This document shows, piece by piece, positions 50,688 through 59,282 of a stretch of DNA of 64,000 nucleotides; position 1 is the first letter of the stretch; the number at the start of each line of letters is the position of its first letter. The stretch comes from an uncultured Alphaproteobacteria bacterium. GTDB lineage: Bacteria; Pseudomonadota; Alphaproteobacteria; Rhizobiales; Xanthobacteraceae. The position numbers and the translations under genes are program-made. The notes beneath the pieces are model-generated. The model was not told the DNA's origin. It made no database searches and worked only from the letters and a program-made list of their open reading frames with translations. The stretch covers positions 90,404-154,403 of the forward strand of contig CAWFYF010000011.1 of the NCBI GenBank assembly GCA_963819935.1, written 5' to 3'.

Positions 50688-52565
50688 TTATTCTACCTCG
50701 AGACGAATTGGCCGGACGTGCCTTGTGTGTCTGATTTGACTGTGATCGAAGGCCGCGACCCGCATGAAGACGCCGGTCTTGATCGGCACGTCGTACTGGC
50801 TGCCGGTGTCGAGACGGCGCGCCACTTCCAGCGCCCAGTGCCCGGAGGCCCAGCGCGCCGCGCATCGCACGTCGGCCCGATCGCCCGAGAATTCGCCGGC
50901 AACGATGACACCCGGGATCACCGCGCCCGTAGGGATGCGGGCGTCCGCCTCGGCAGAATACGGAATCAACTCGTCCTCGGTCATGTACCAGCGCGCGCCG
51001 TCGTTCTCGCCGTGATTGGGATCGATATCCACTTCACCCATCGCCGCCTGCGTGGCCGCGAGATCTTTCGGCAGCCGGCGTGGCGCGGTCAGCCGGGCGC
51101 CGCCGGCCTCATCGGCGTCGATAATGAAATTGTTGCTGTAATTGGCGCTGCCGGGGTCGGGCGCGAAGCCGCCCCTGTAGGGAAGGATATTGTGGACCTG
51201 CATCGGCGTCGGTTCCAGCGGCGGGCCGAAATGCGCGTCATCCATCCATCCGGTCGAACCGCCGCTGGTCGCCTTCCATTGCCAGACATCGGCGTAGCCT
51301 GCTGCCGTGTAATGCAGGCCGCGGCCGGTCATGGTGGCCGGCGCGTCGGCGATCGGATGCGGGCTGGCGTGGAACGTACGGTCGCCCGCTAGCGTCACAT
51401 TCATGGTAGTCAACAGCACCGAGAATTTGTCCTCATTATAGTCGTGCTCGTCGCCGGCCTCGAGGCCGTCGTGCAGCACGTGCCAACCGTCGACTTCCTT
51501 GATCAGCGGCAGTTGTTTCAGCGACCGCGTCGGATCTTGCCAGGTGAACAGGAAATACGCCCAGGTGCCGTCATGCACCGCGCGAATCTCTATTCTGGTT
51601 TCGCCCGTGCCGTCGAAATTTCCGCCCTCGCTGGTCATCAGCGAAAACGGTGTGATGTTGCGCCAGGCCCGATCGGAGGTGTCGCCGTCGAGAACGGGTA
51701 CGTCCGCGCTGCTGACGCGATGAATCTGCAACTGGTCGACGGACATCCGGTCCGCCGCCAGGATGACCGAAGCGCCGGTGATGGCGACGGCTGCGGCGAC
51801 GACAAAAGGGTTGGATTGAAAGGTCGGATTGCGCGGTTTTGAGGGGCTGGCCTGTCGCCTGGCTCCCGGCCGGTGCGCGGTCGAACTCCGTGCGGCCGTC
51901 CGATCCTGCGCGCCATCGTGCGGCGGCGATACCGGTGTGATGGGCGGTTGCGCGGATTCCGGCGCCAGCCGCGCCGATTGCTCGGCCAGCAACGTCAGCA
52001 ACTCGACCGCATCGAGCCGCGGCGGCGGCGCGGTGAGGCCGGTTGGGCGAAAGATACGCAGCAACTGCGATACGCCGCCGAGCCGGTAGTGCGACAGGAC
52101 GTGAAGGCCTGCAAAGGCCATGATCACCCACGTTCCGTACCAGTGCAGCGTCGCCACGTCGTGGCCGGCATAGAAACCGAAATACAACAACCCGCCGCTG
52201 GCGATGAGCCCCAGCATCGTGACGAAGAAGATCCAGTACAGAACGATGTTGTAGGAGCCGAGCCTCGCCTGTTTGCGGCCAAACAGTCCGCGCAGCCGGA
52301 TCTTGTCGAGCTGGATGCGGCGGCCTAGTCCCGATTTCGCGACATAGACGGCATAAGCGATCGACACCGCTACCAGCACGATGGCGGCCTGCATGTGCGC
52401 CACCCACACGCTCTGACGCGGCAGCACGGCGTCGAACAGATTGATCCAGTTGCGCCCGGGAGCCTCGGTCGCGATCCGCAAGCCGCTGACAAAGGAGACG
52501 CTGAATGCGACAACCAGGAGCCAGTGCAGGATGATCGTGCCGTAATCGGTCTTTCGTTGCCTCAT
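50688..52565 (-). CDS. membrane fusion protein: prokaryotic cytochrome b561-type 4-TM domain + linker + 5th TM + EB_dh (ethylbenzene-dehydrogenase gamma / DOMON-like) periplasmic domain
   Basis: 625 aa. N-terminal YGTIILHWLLVVAFSVSFVSG, VWVAHMQAAIVLVAV, YNIVLYWIFFVTMLGLIASG and LHWYGTWVIMAFAGLHVLSHY (His-bearing helices), a Pro/Arg-rich linker, the helix FVVAAAVAITGASVILAA, then a ~330-aa soluble domain (VPVLDGDTSDRAWRN, IRAVHDGTWAYFLFTWQD, DKFSVLL, ADVWQWKA). The domain calls are from memory of family patterns. Confidence 0.65.
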   Translation of the reverse strand: MRQRKTDYGTIILHWLLVVAFSVSFVSGLRIATEAPGRNWINLFDAVLPRQSVWVAHMQAAIVLVAVSIAYAVYVAKSGLGRRIQLDKIRLRGLFGRKQARLGSYNIVLYWIFFVTMLGLIASGGLLYFGFYAGHDVATLHWYGTWVIMAFAGLHVLSHYRLGGVSQLLRIFRPTGLTAPPPRLDAVELLTLLAEQSARLAPESAQPPITPVSPPHDGAQDRTAARSSTAHRPGARRQASPSKPRNPTFQSNPFVVAAAVAITGASVILAADRMSVDQLQIHRVSSADVPVLDGDTSDRAWRNITPFSLMTSEGGNFDGTGETRIEIRAVHDGTWAYFLFTWQDPTRSLKQLPLIKEVDGWHVLHDGLEAGDEHDYNEDKFSVLLTTMNVTLAGDRTFHASPHPIADAPATMTGRGLHYTAAGYADVWQWKATSGGSTGWMDDAHFGPPLEPTPMQVHNILPYRGGFAPDPGSANYSNNFIIDADEAGGARLTAPRRLPKDLAATQAAMGEVDIDPNHGENDGARWYMTEDELIPYSAEADARIPTGAVIPGVIVAGEFSGDRADVRCAARWASGHWALEVARRLDTGSQYDVPIKTGVFMRVAAFDHSQIRHTRHVRPIRLEVE

Positions 52566-52870
52566 TCGCGCGCCCCGCCGTCAGGGAGCGGGCAACCGGC
52601 GCCATCAGGGCGGCGCCTGGATTTGATGTTAGCCTCGCGTCTACGAACGGCCGGCGCATCGCGCCGGATCGCACCGTTTTCCTTGTTGGCCCGCGATACA
52701 CGCCGCAAGAAGCCATCGTTACTCGTACACAAATGACCCGTCCCCCAAAATCAGGATTCGCCGAACCCGGCGAATGAACAAATTCCCTTTGCTTTGCGGC
52801 TGCCCGGCCGCGACGTTGATGGTTCAAACCGCGAGAGCTGGCGCAAGAGTCTGGATTGACCGATCAGGCC

Positions 52871-52910
52871 GGCCTCCGGCGCTCCGTCGGATGACGGGGC
52901 GTCGGAGGCC
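52871..52910 (-). terminator. long imperfect hairpin downstream of the secreted-repeat-protein gene
   Basis: GGCCTCCGGCGCTCCGTC-GGAT-GACGGGGCGTCGGAGGCC pairs 16 of 18 bp and starts 15 nt past the stop at 52925. There is no clear U-tract. Confidence 0.4.
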
Positions 52911-52924
52911 ACGCTGATCCGCCG

Positions 52925-54487
52925 TTATCCCCACATGTGGTGGAAGTGCTGCGCCATCTCCGGAACCAGCGAATGATGCGGATCGACCGCGGGTGTATCC
53001 GCCGCCGCTGGCGGTGCGCTGGCCACGGTCTGCACAGCAGGCGCCGCCGGCAAAGTCGGTGCCGTCGGGGCCGGAGCCGGGGTCACGGGCGCCGCTGCGG
53101 CAACCGCCGGTGTTGCAACCGCCGTCGACAATACGTCGGCAACCGTCGCGCCATCGGCATTGTAGGTGCCGCCGGTCGCGGGTGCGTTGTTGCCGCCGAC
53201 GTCGGCGGCATTGGCGTGCATCTCCTCGGCCGCAGCAGTGACCAGTGCCGCATTGCCGGTCTGCAATCCCTTGATCACCGCGCTCACCTCGGCGCCGAGC
53301 GTGCTGGTCTGGCCCAGCAGCTCGTTGTCGAAGCGGGCTTCGAAGATGCCGCCCTGGGCCGCATCGAAATTGGTGACCGTCGTCTGGAAGGACTGGATAT
53401 CGCTGATAAGGGCTGCGATCGCGTGCGCGTCGTTGCCGCCGACGAGGTTTTCCGCTTGCTGGCCCAGCGAGTTGGACTGGGCGATGAAATTTGCCCAGAA
53501 ATTTGTTTGATCCGAATTGTCCAGATATTTCGGCGTCGGGTTCAGCGCGTCGCCAAAAGGCGTAAATCCGTGAACGCCGTTCTGGTTTGCCATGTTCACC
53601 AGATTGGTGTCGCCCTGCACGATGTCGATGATGTCCAGCAAATTGTCATTGCTGGCTCGTCCCGCATCCTGGCTGACGCCAGCCTGATTGATGAAGGTCT
53701 GCTCAAGCTGGAGCTGGCGCACGATGGTGTCCGCATGGATGCCGGTGAGACCGCCGAACAGCGCCGGGTTGGCAGTCATCAAGCCCTGCAGGTCGGTGAT
53801 GGCCGCGTTGGTATCGGCGGTTGCCTGCGCCGTGTTGGAAGCGTTGATACCTCCGATGGAAATATTGGCCAGATCGTTGAAGATGGCGCCGATATCCGCG
53901 AAGGTAGCATGAGGCGCATTGGCGGCGGTGGTGCCGGCGGCGAAAGCCGTGGGCGCCGCAAGGAATCCGGCCGCGCCATTTTGTGTCGCCAACGTGGCGA
54001 GATTGGCGTCGTTGTTGACGATATTGAGGATATCGAGATGGCTGTTATGCAGCGCCGTTTCCGCGGCCGCGACGCTGCCGAACGTTCCGCCGCCGTTCAC
54101 CGAGGCGGTAGCGGCCGAGAGTGAAGTCGTAATATCGGCGAGGATCGCGTTGACATGGGTCAGCGTGGCGCCGGTGAATTGCCCCGCGGTGACTTCCGCC
54201 TGCAGTCCGGTTTGAACATTGGTGAGATCGGTGGTGTATCGTCCGATGCTGCCAAGGCCCTGGCCGCCTTCCGAGACCGTATTTTGCCACAATCCGCCCT
54301 CGAGCGCGCGCGTGGCGTCATTGAAGGTCAAGCCAAGGTCGGAGAAAGCCGGGGCGGCGGCTGGCGCCGGGGGGCCGGGATCGACAGGGGTGGTCACCGG
54401 CGGAACCGGCGGCGCGGGAGTACCCGGATCCATTTGATTACCGTTACCAGCGTGTTGGTGGTGGAAACCATGTGTGGTGCGCGCCAT
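52925..54487 (-). CDS. hypothetical secreted protein: His-rich termini, Pro-rich linker, Cys-free Ala/Thr/Asn/Gln/Gly-rich repeat core (candidate T1SS cargo)
   Basis: ATG 54487 in ORF 52925-54541 gives 520 aa. N-terminus MARTTHGFHHQHAGNGN, linker PGTPAPPVPPVTTPVDPGPPAPAAAP, internal repeat HNSHLDILNIVNNDANLATLATQNGAAGF / SNDNLLDIIDIVQGDTNLVNMANQNGVHGF, C-terminus DPHHSLVPEMAQHFHHMWG. No Cys and no GGxGxD repeats. Divergent from the T1SS genes. Confidence 0.6.
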   Translation of the reverse strand: MARTTHGFHHQHAGNGNQMDPGTPAPPVPPVTTPVDPGPPAPAAAPAFSDLGLTFNDATRALEGGLWQNTVSEGGQGLGSIGRYTTDLTNVQTGLQAEVTAGQFTGATLTHVNAILADITTSLSAATASVNGGGTFGSVAAAETALHNSHLDILNIVNNDANLATLATQNGAAGFLAAPTAFAAGTTAANAPHATFADIGAIFNDLANISIGGINASNTAQATADTNAAITDLQGLMTANPALFGGLTGIHADTIVRQLQLEQTFINQAGVSQDAGRASNDNLLDIIDIVQGDTNLVNMANQNGVHGFTPFGDALNPTPKYLDNSDQTNFWANFIAQSNSLGQQAENLVGGNDAHAIAALISDIQSFQTTVTNFDAAQGGIFEARFDNELLGQTSTLGAEVSAVIKGLQTGNAALVTAAAEEMHANAADVGGNNAPATGGTYNADGATVADVLSTAVATPAVAAAAPVTPAPAPTAPTLPAAPAVQTVASAPPAAADTPAVDPHHSLVPEMAQHFHHMWG

Positions 54488-54941
54488 GTTCGTCCCCTGT
54501 TGTTGTGTCGCGTTGCACGACGGCCGCCCCAAGTGATCCACTCGGGTTACGGGTTGATGCGAGATGTGAAGAATTATTTAGCTTCGTGGCGGCTTTCAGC
54601 CGACACCGGGGCCAATGCGCGGGAGAAGCAAGGTGATAGGCGGACGAAACCGTGTCGCCGAACGCGCTTTTTTGCACGTGCCGCCTGCCTTCACGCGGAA
54701 AATATGAAATGCCTGCCGATGCTTGCCGCGAAAACCCCGTAAGCTCCCGGATCGTGCGCAAATTTGGCGCCGCCGGCCATGGCGAAATCGTCCGGATAAG
54801 CAAGACACCAGCGCCGTCGTTTTATTTCAGTGCCATCCATAACGCCCGCCTCGGTCGCATTCTTGCCGAAAAATGGTCGGTATCAGCCGTCAAGGAGAAT
54901 TGATCGCGCAAGCCGCGACACCAGCCGAAGGGGCGCAGTGT

Positions 54942-56867
54942 ATGAGTATCGCTCACGGTCACGCACAGGCGACCTCTCCGTCCCGCGCGATTTCGAATCT
55001 CAGGTCGACGCTTCAGTCCGACGATCCCGTGGCGCTGGGATTGCGCGAGAGCGCGCGGCGCATGGTCGGCATTGCTGTCTTCAGCGGCGCCATCAATATC
55101 CTGATGCTGTCGGGTTCACTTTATATGCTGCAGGTGTATGACCGGGTGATTCCCAGCCGCAACACCGCGACCCTGCTGGGCCTCTCGCTGATGGTGCTGC
55201 TGGCCTATCTCGTGCAGGGATATTTCGACGCGCTGCGCACGCGCATGCTTTGCCGGGTCGCGACGCTGTTCGACGCCGGCCTGCAGGCGGCGATCCACAC
55301 CGCGCTCGCGACGCTGCCGCTTCGCGGCGTGAAGCCCATGCTGATGCAGCAGCCGCTGCGCGATCTGGACCAGGTGCGCGGCTTCATGTCGAGCATGGGG
55401 CCGACCGCGTTCCTCGACATGCCCTGGATCCCGATCTTCCTCATTGCCTTGTTTCTGTTTCATCCGGCAATCGGCATGACGGCGGTACTCGGCACCGCGG
55501 CGATCATCGCCATGACCTTGCTGACCGAGCGGATGTCGCGCGGAGCGGCCAAGGCCGCGATGGATTCCAGCGCCCAGCGGCAGGTGCTGGCCGACGCCAC
55601 CCTGCGCAATGCCGAGGTAATTCGCGCGCTGGGCATGACCGATCGGTTCACCGCGCGCTGGTCGCAGGCCAATGAACGCTATTTGCGGGAGAATATCCGC
55701 GCCACCGACGTCTATGCCAATCTCGGCTCGAGCGCGAAGGTGCTGCGCTACGTGCTGCAATCAGGCATGCTGGGCATCGGCGCCTATCTCGTCGTCGCCG
55801 ACAGGGCGTCCGGCGGCATCATGATCGCATCGTCGATCATGATGGGCCGCGCGCTGGCGCCCGTCGAAATCGCGCTCGGCACGTGGAAGCAGCTGGTCGC
55901 CGCGCGCCAGGGCATCACGCGGCTGCGCGAAATCTGCAAGGCGACCGCGGCCCCGGCGCCGCCGCCGGTGGTGCTGCCGCGTCCCTGCCGCGAACTTTCC
56001 GTGCACGAACTGGCCGTCGCCGCACCGGGGGGGAGCAGGCCCATCGTCTCGAATATTTCGTTTTCGCTCAAGGCCGGCATGGGACTGGCGCTGCTCGGCG
56101 CCAGCGCGTCGGGCAAGACGTCGCTCTCCAAGGCGCTGGTCGGAATCTGGCCGGCGCAGAATGGCGTGGTGAGGCTCGACGGCGCCGCGCTCGATCAGTG
56201 GCGCAACGAGGACCTCGGCCGCTATATCGGCTATCTGCCGCAGGACGTGGCCTTGTTCGACGGCACCGTCGCCGAAAACATCTGCCGTTTCGATGAGACC
56301 GCCCCCTCGGACGCGATCCTGCGGGCCGCGCAGATCGCGGGCGTGCATGACATCATCCTGCGGCTGCCCGAGGGTTATTCGACGCGGATCGGCGAAGGCG
56401 GCATGTCGCTGTCGGCGGGCCAGCGGCAGCGAATTGGGCTTGCGCGCGCGGTGTTCGGCGATCCGTTCCTGGTCGTGCTCGATGAGCCGAATGCCAATCT
56501 CGATGCCGACGGCGAAAACGCCTTGACCCGCGCCATTCAGATACTGCGCTACAACAAATGCATCGTCATCGTCATCTCGCATCGCCCAAGCGCGCTGGCC
56601 GCGCTGAACATGGCGATGGTGCTCTATGACGGCAAGTCGATCGCATTCGGCCCCTGCGAGGAGATATTCGCCCGCGTCCGCACGGCGACGGGGCAATCCA
56701 CGTCAGTAAGAGAGCCTGCGGTCGCGCGAGATCCTGCGGCGGCAAGACAGTCCGCGGCGGCGAGACAACCCGCGGCGGCACGACAGCCGGCAGCAGCAAG
56801 ACAGCCGGAGCCACAGGACATGAAAACGGTGCGCCGGGCGCCGATCGTGGAGAGCGTTGAGCCATGA
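54942..56867 (+). CDS. type I secretion system ABC permease/ATPase (PrtD/HasD/RsaD type, no C39 or CLD domain)
   Basis: ATG 54942 in ORF 54873-56867. LMLSGSLYMLQVYDRVIPS is typical of PrtD-type exporters. Walker A GASASGKTS, LSAGQRQRIGLARA, VVLDEPNANLD. The C-terminal extension carries 4 x [PS]AAARQ. Confidence 0.88.
   Translation: MSIAHGHAQATSPSRAISNLRSTLQSDDPVALGLRESARRMVGIAVFSGAINILMLSGSLYMLQVYDRVIPSRNTATLLGLSLMVLLAYLVQGYFDALRTRMLCRVATLFDAGLQAAIHTALATLPLRGVKPMLMQQPLRDLDQVRGFMSSMGPTAFLDMPWIPIFLIALFLFHPAIGMTAVLGTAAIIAMTLLTERMSRGAAKAAMDSSAQRQVLADATLRNAEVIRALGMTDRFTARWSQANERYLRENIRATDVYANLGSSAKVLRYVLQSGMLGIGAYLVVADRASGGIMIASSIMMGRALAPVEIALGTWKQLVAARQGITRLREICKATAAPAPPPVVLPRPCRELSVHELAVAAPGGSRPIVSNISFSLKAGMGLALLGASASGKTSLSKALVGIWPAQNGVVRLDGAALDQWRNEDLGRYIGYLPQDVALFDGTVAENICRFDETAPSDAILRAAQIAGVHDIILRLPEGYSTRIGEGGMSLSAGQRQRIGLARAVFGDPFLVVLDEPNANLDADGENALTRAIQILRYNKCIVIVISHRPSALAALNMAMVLYDGKSIAFGPCEEIFARVRTATGQSTSVREPAVARDPAAARQSAAARQPAAARQPAAARQPEPQDMKTVRRAPIVESVEP
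56733..56804 (+). repeat. in-frame 18-nt tandem repeat x4 (hexapeptide [P/S]AAARQ) at the 3' end of the T1SS ABC gene
   Basis: CCTGCGGCGGCAAGACAG / TCCGCGGCGGCGAGACAA / CCCGCGGCGGCACGACAG / CCGGCAGCAGCAAGACAG. Confidence 0.85.
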
Positions 56868-59077
56868 GACCGGGAGACGGCATGCCACATGAAGGTCGAC
56901 GCGCGCCGCGCTGGGACGGTGATTCCCGTGACGAGGCGGTTGGACCGCAGGGCGCGGCATTGATTCTCGAGTTGCAGCGCCTGCGGCAGGCGTTCGAGCT
57001 GGAAGACGGCGATGGGCCGCCCGCGCCGCAAGCGCGTCGTCCGGCCCGCGAGGAGTTACATCCTCCCTCCCATCCGCGAACAAATCAGCCGAAGCGGCAA
57101 CGCAGGGGCAGGATGGGGCGGGCCTTCGACATCTGCCTCGAACAACTCGGACTGACAGCCACTGCCCCGGCCACGCGCAGAAGTGAAGATGAACCCGAAC
57201 CGACGGCCGCGCCGGCCTGGCGCAGGAGCGAACCCGCGCCCGAGCCGGCTTTCATCCAGGCCTGGCGGAGAAGCGAGCCATTATCCGAGCCGGTTGCCGC
57301 ACCTGTCCGGCGCAGAAGCGAGCCCGCACCCGACCCGGTTGCCGCCCCAATCCGACGCAGAAGCGAGCAACTACGCGAGCCGGCCGTCACGCCGGCCATG
57401 CGCAGAACGGAGCAGGTGCGCAAGGAGGCTGCGGCTCCGAGCGCGCGAAAAAGCGAACCCGAACGTGAGCCGACGCCCGCTCCGCCGACGGGCCGTCGCG
57501 GCCCGATCATCGCGCCCGACGACCCGTCCCTGATCAATGTGGCGAGCCTGATCAATGTGGCGAAGCCCGGGCCGGAACCTGCCAGAGCTGAAGCCCGGCA
57601 TCAGTCGATGCATGTCGAGACTCCTCGATTGACGTTGCCGCCTCCAGCCGCCGACGCCAAGCCCGCAACGGCCGTCGGACAGTTGATGAAGACCTGCCGT
57701 GTCGGCCTGACCGCGGGCGTCGCCTTCCTCGTCAATCGCGACGGCTTAGCCGACAACGACAACGAGCCCGGCGAAGGTCTGGCATTGCGGGCCGGGCGCG
57801 CCTTCGAGAACGAATTGCGGACCGGGCTTCGGGTGCTGCTGGGCTTCATTGTTGTCGCCGGCGGCCTTGCCGTGCTGATGCCGATCGCGGGCGCCGTGGT
57901 CGTTCCCGGCAACCTCGTCGTTCAATCGAACGTCAAGGCCATTCAACATCCGACCGGCGGCGTGGTGGCGGAAATCCCGGTCCATAATGGCGAGCGGGTG
58001 GCCACGGGCGATCTGCTTCTCCGGCTCGATGCCACCCAGGCGCAGGCCAGCCTGCAGATGGTGAGCAAGCAGCTCGACGAAGTGCGGGCCCGGATTACCC
58101 GGCTGGTCGCCGAGCGCGACGGCGCGGCACAGCTTAAGGTGCCGCCTGAACTGACGGCACGATCTGACGATGCCACCGTCAAGGCGCTGCTGGCGTCGGA
58201 GCAGTCGCTGTTCAACGCCCGCTCCAACGCGCGCCGGAGCCAGACCGATCTTCTGCAGAGCCGCGTCTCGCAGCTCGGCGAGGAGATCGCCGGCCTCAAT
58301 GCCCAGGTCGATTCCAAGTCCAAGCAACTGGAGCTGATCGGCGGCGAGCTCACCGGCGTCCAGGACCTCTATGACAAGCGGCTCGTGCCGCTGACCCGGC
58401 TCACGACCCTGCAGCGCGAGAGCGCGCGGATCGAAGGCGAGCGCGGGCAATTGACGTCGGCGATCGCCGAGACGAAATCCAAGATCGGCGAGGCGCAGCT
58501 TCAGATCGTCCGGCTCGACCAGGATTTCCGCACCGACGTCGTCAAGGAACTCGGCGAGAACCAGGGCAAGGAAGCCGAACTCGTGGAGCATAGCGTCGCG
58601 GCGCGCGATCTTCTCGACCGGATCGAAATCCGTGCGCCGACATCGGGCGTGATCCATCAGCTCTCCGCCCATACCATCGGAGGCGTGATCCGCGCCGGCG
58701 ACACCATCATGGAAGTGGTTCCGGATCTGGATGATCTGCAGATCGAGGCGCGGCTGCAGCCCAATGATATCGACCAGGTGCGGATGGGGCAGAAGGCGTT
58801 CGTCCGCTTCTCGGCCTTCAACCAGCGCACGACGCCGCAGCTCGACGGCATCGTGTCTTATGTCTCGGCCGATACCAGCCGGGACCAGCAGAGCAATGCG
58901 CCGTATTTCACGGTGCGGGTGAAGCTTCCCGAGGAGCAGCGCCGCCGGCTGGACGGCAAGCAACTCGTTTCGGGCATGCCCGCGGAAGTATTCATGCAGA
59001 CCGGCAGCCGCACCATGATGAGCTACCTGTTGAAGCCGATCACCGATCAGCTGCAGCGCGCCTTCGTAGAGCGGTGA
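56864..59077 (+). CDS. HlyD-family type I secretion membrane-fusion protein with a ~320-aa N-terminal repeat-rich extension
   Basis: 737 aa. ATGA overlap with the ABC gene stop. TM helix LRVLLGFIVVAGGLAVLMPIAGAVV at about aa 321-345, then IQHPTGGVVAEIPVHNGERVATGDLLLRLD, coiled-coil region, C-terminal GMPAEVFMQTGSRTMMSYLLKPI. Internal Met codons (for example MKTCRV at about aa 275) could give a conventional-length protein. Confidence 0.8.
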   Translation: MRPGDGMPHEGRRAPRWDGDSRDEAVGPQGAALILELQRLRQAFELEDGDGPPAPQARRPAREELHPPSHPRTNQPKRQRRGRMGRAFDICLEQLGLTATAPATRRSEDEPEPTAAPAWRRSEPAPEPAFIQAWRRSEPLSEPVAAPVRRRSEPAPDPVAAPIRRRSEQLREPAVTPAMRRTEQVRKEAAAPSARKSEPEREPTPAPPTGRRGPIIAPDDPSLINVASLINVAKPGPEPARAEARHQSMHVETPRLTLPPPAADAKPATAVGQLMKTCRVGLTAGVAFLVNRDGLADNDNEPGEGLALRAGRAFENELRTGLRVLLGFIVVAGGLAVLMPIAGAVVVPGNLVVQSNVKAIQHPTGGVVAEIPVHNGERVATGDLLLRLDATQAQASLQMVSKQLDEVRARITRLVAERDGAAQLKVPPELTARSDDATVKALLASEQSLFNARSNARRSQTDLLQSRVSQLGEEIAGLNAQVDSKSKQLELIGGELTGVQDLYDKRLVPLTRLTTLQRESARIEGERGQLTSAIAETKSKIGEAQLQIVRLDQDFRTDVVKELGENQGKEAELVEHSVAARDLLDRIEIRAPTSGVIHQLSAHTIGGVIRAGDTIMEVVPDLDDLQIEARLQPNDIDQVRMGQKAFVRFSAFNQRTTPQLDGIVSYVSADTSRDQQSNAPYFTVRVKLPEEQRRRLDGKQLVSGMPAEVFMQTGSRTMMSYLLKPITDQLQRAFVER
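57176..57490 (+). repeat. in-frame 45-nt tandem repeat x7 (15-aa unit RRSEPxPEPxxxPxx) in the 5' part of the MFP gene
   Basis: RRSEDEPEPTAAPAW / RRSEPAPEPAFIQAW / RRSEPLSEPVAAPVR / RRSEPAPDPVAAPIR / RRSEQLREPAVTPAM / RRTEQVRKEAAAPSA / RKSEPEREPTPAPPT. Confidence 0.85.
57527..57562 (+). repeat. 18-nt perfect-to-near-perfect tandem duplication (SLINVA x2)
   Basis: ...TCCCTGATCAATGTGGCGAGCCTGATCAATGTGGCG... Confidence 0.8.
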
Positions 59078-59282
59078 GATCGCCGCTGGCTACGCCTTCA
59101 GCAGCCTCCTGAGGACGTCGATGTTGCTGCCGTCGGCGATGCGCCGTTGAGCACGCATGGGGATGTGCTCATTCCCGTGGTGATCGCCGATGGTTGGCTC
59201 TGCAGGGTGATGTCCGGCAGCGGACTGAGGCCGCCCGGCGAAAGTTCGGTCGAGCCCAGGGGAATCCCGACACGGCTCCCTG

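Noticed and set aside
52815-52832. tRNA T-loop-like GGTTCAAACC
   Set aside because: The flanking bases do not form a T-stem (GATGG versus CGCGA), and no acceptor or anticodon arms can be drawn. It is an intergenic coincidence.
52925-54487. RTX-type calcium-binding nonapeptide repeats in the candidate T1SS cargo
   Set aside because: I looked for GGxGxDxxx units. Gly-rich stretches exist (GGGTFGSV, GGQGLGSIG), but none fits the repeat or occurs in tandem.
54541-54605. Possible rhizobial tts-box (TtsI-dependent T3SS effector promoter) upstream of the secreted repeat protein
   Set aside because: The reverse-strand GTCGGCTGAAAGCC only loosely resembles the GTCAGCTT-N3-GAAAGC core, with wrong spacing and a mismatch in GTCAG. 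The adjacent T1SS offers a simpler secretion route.
57746-58963. 405-aa ORF on the - strand
   Set aside because: It is antisense to the conserved periplasmic part of the HlyD-family gene. Artefactual composition.
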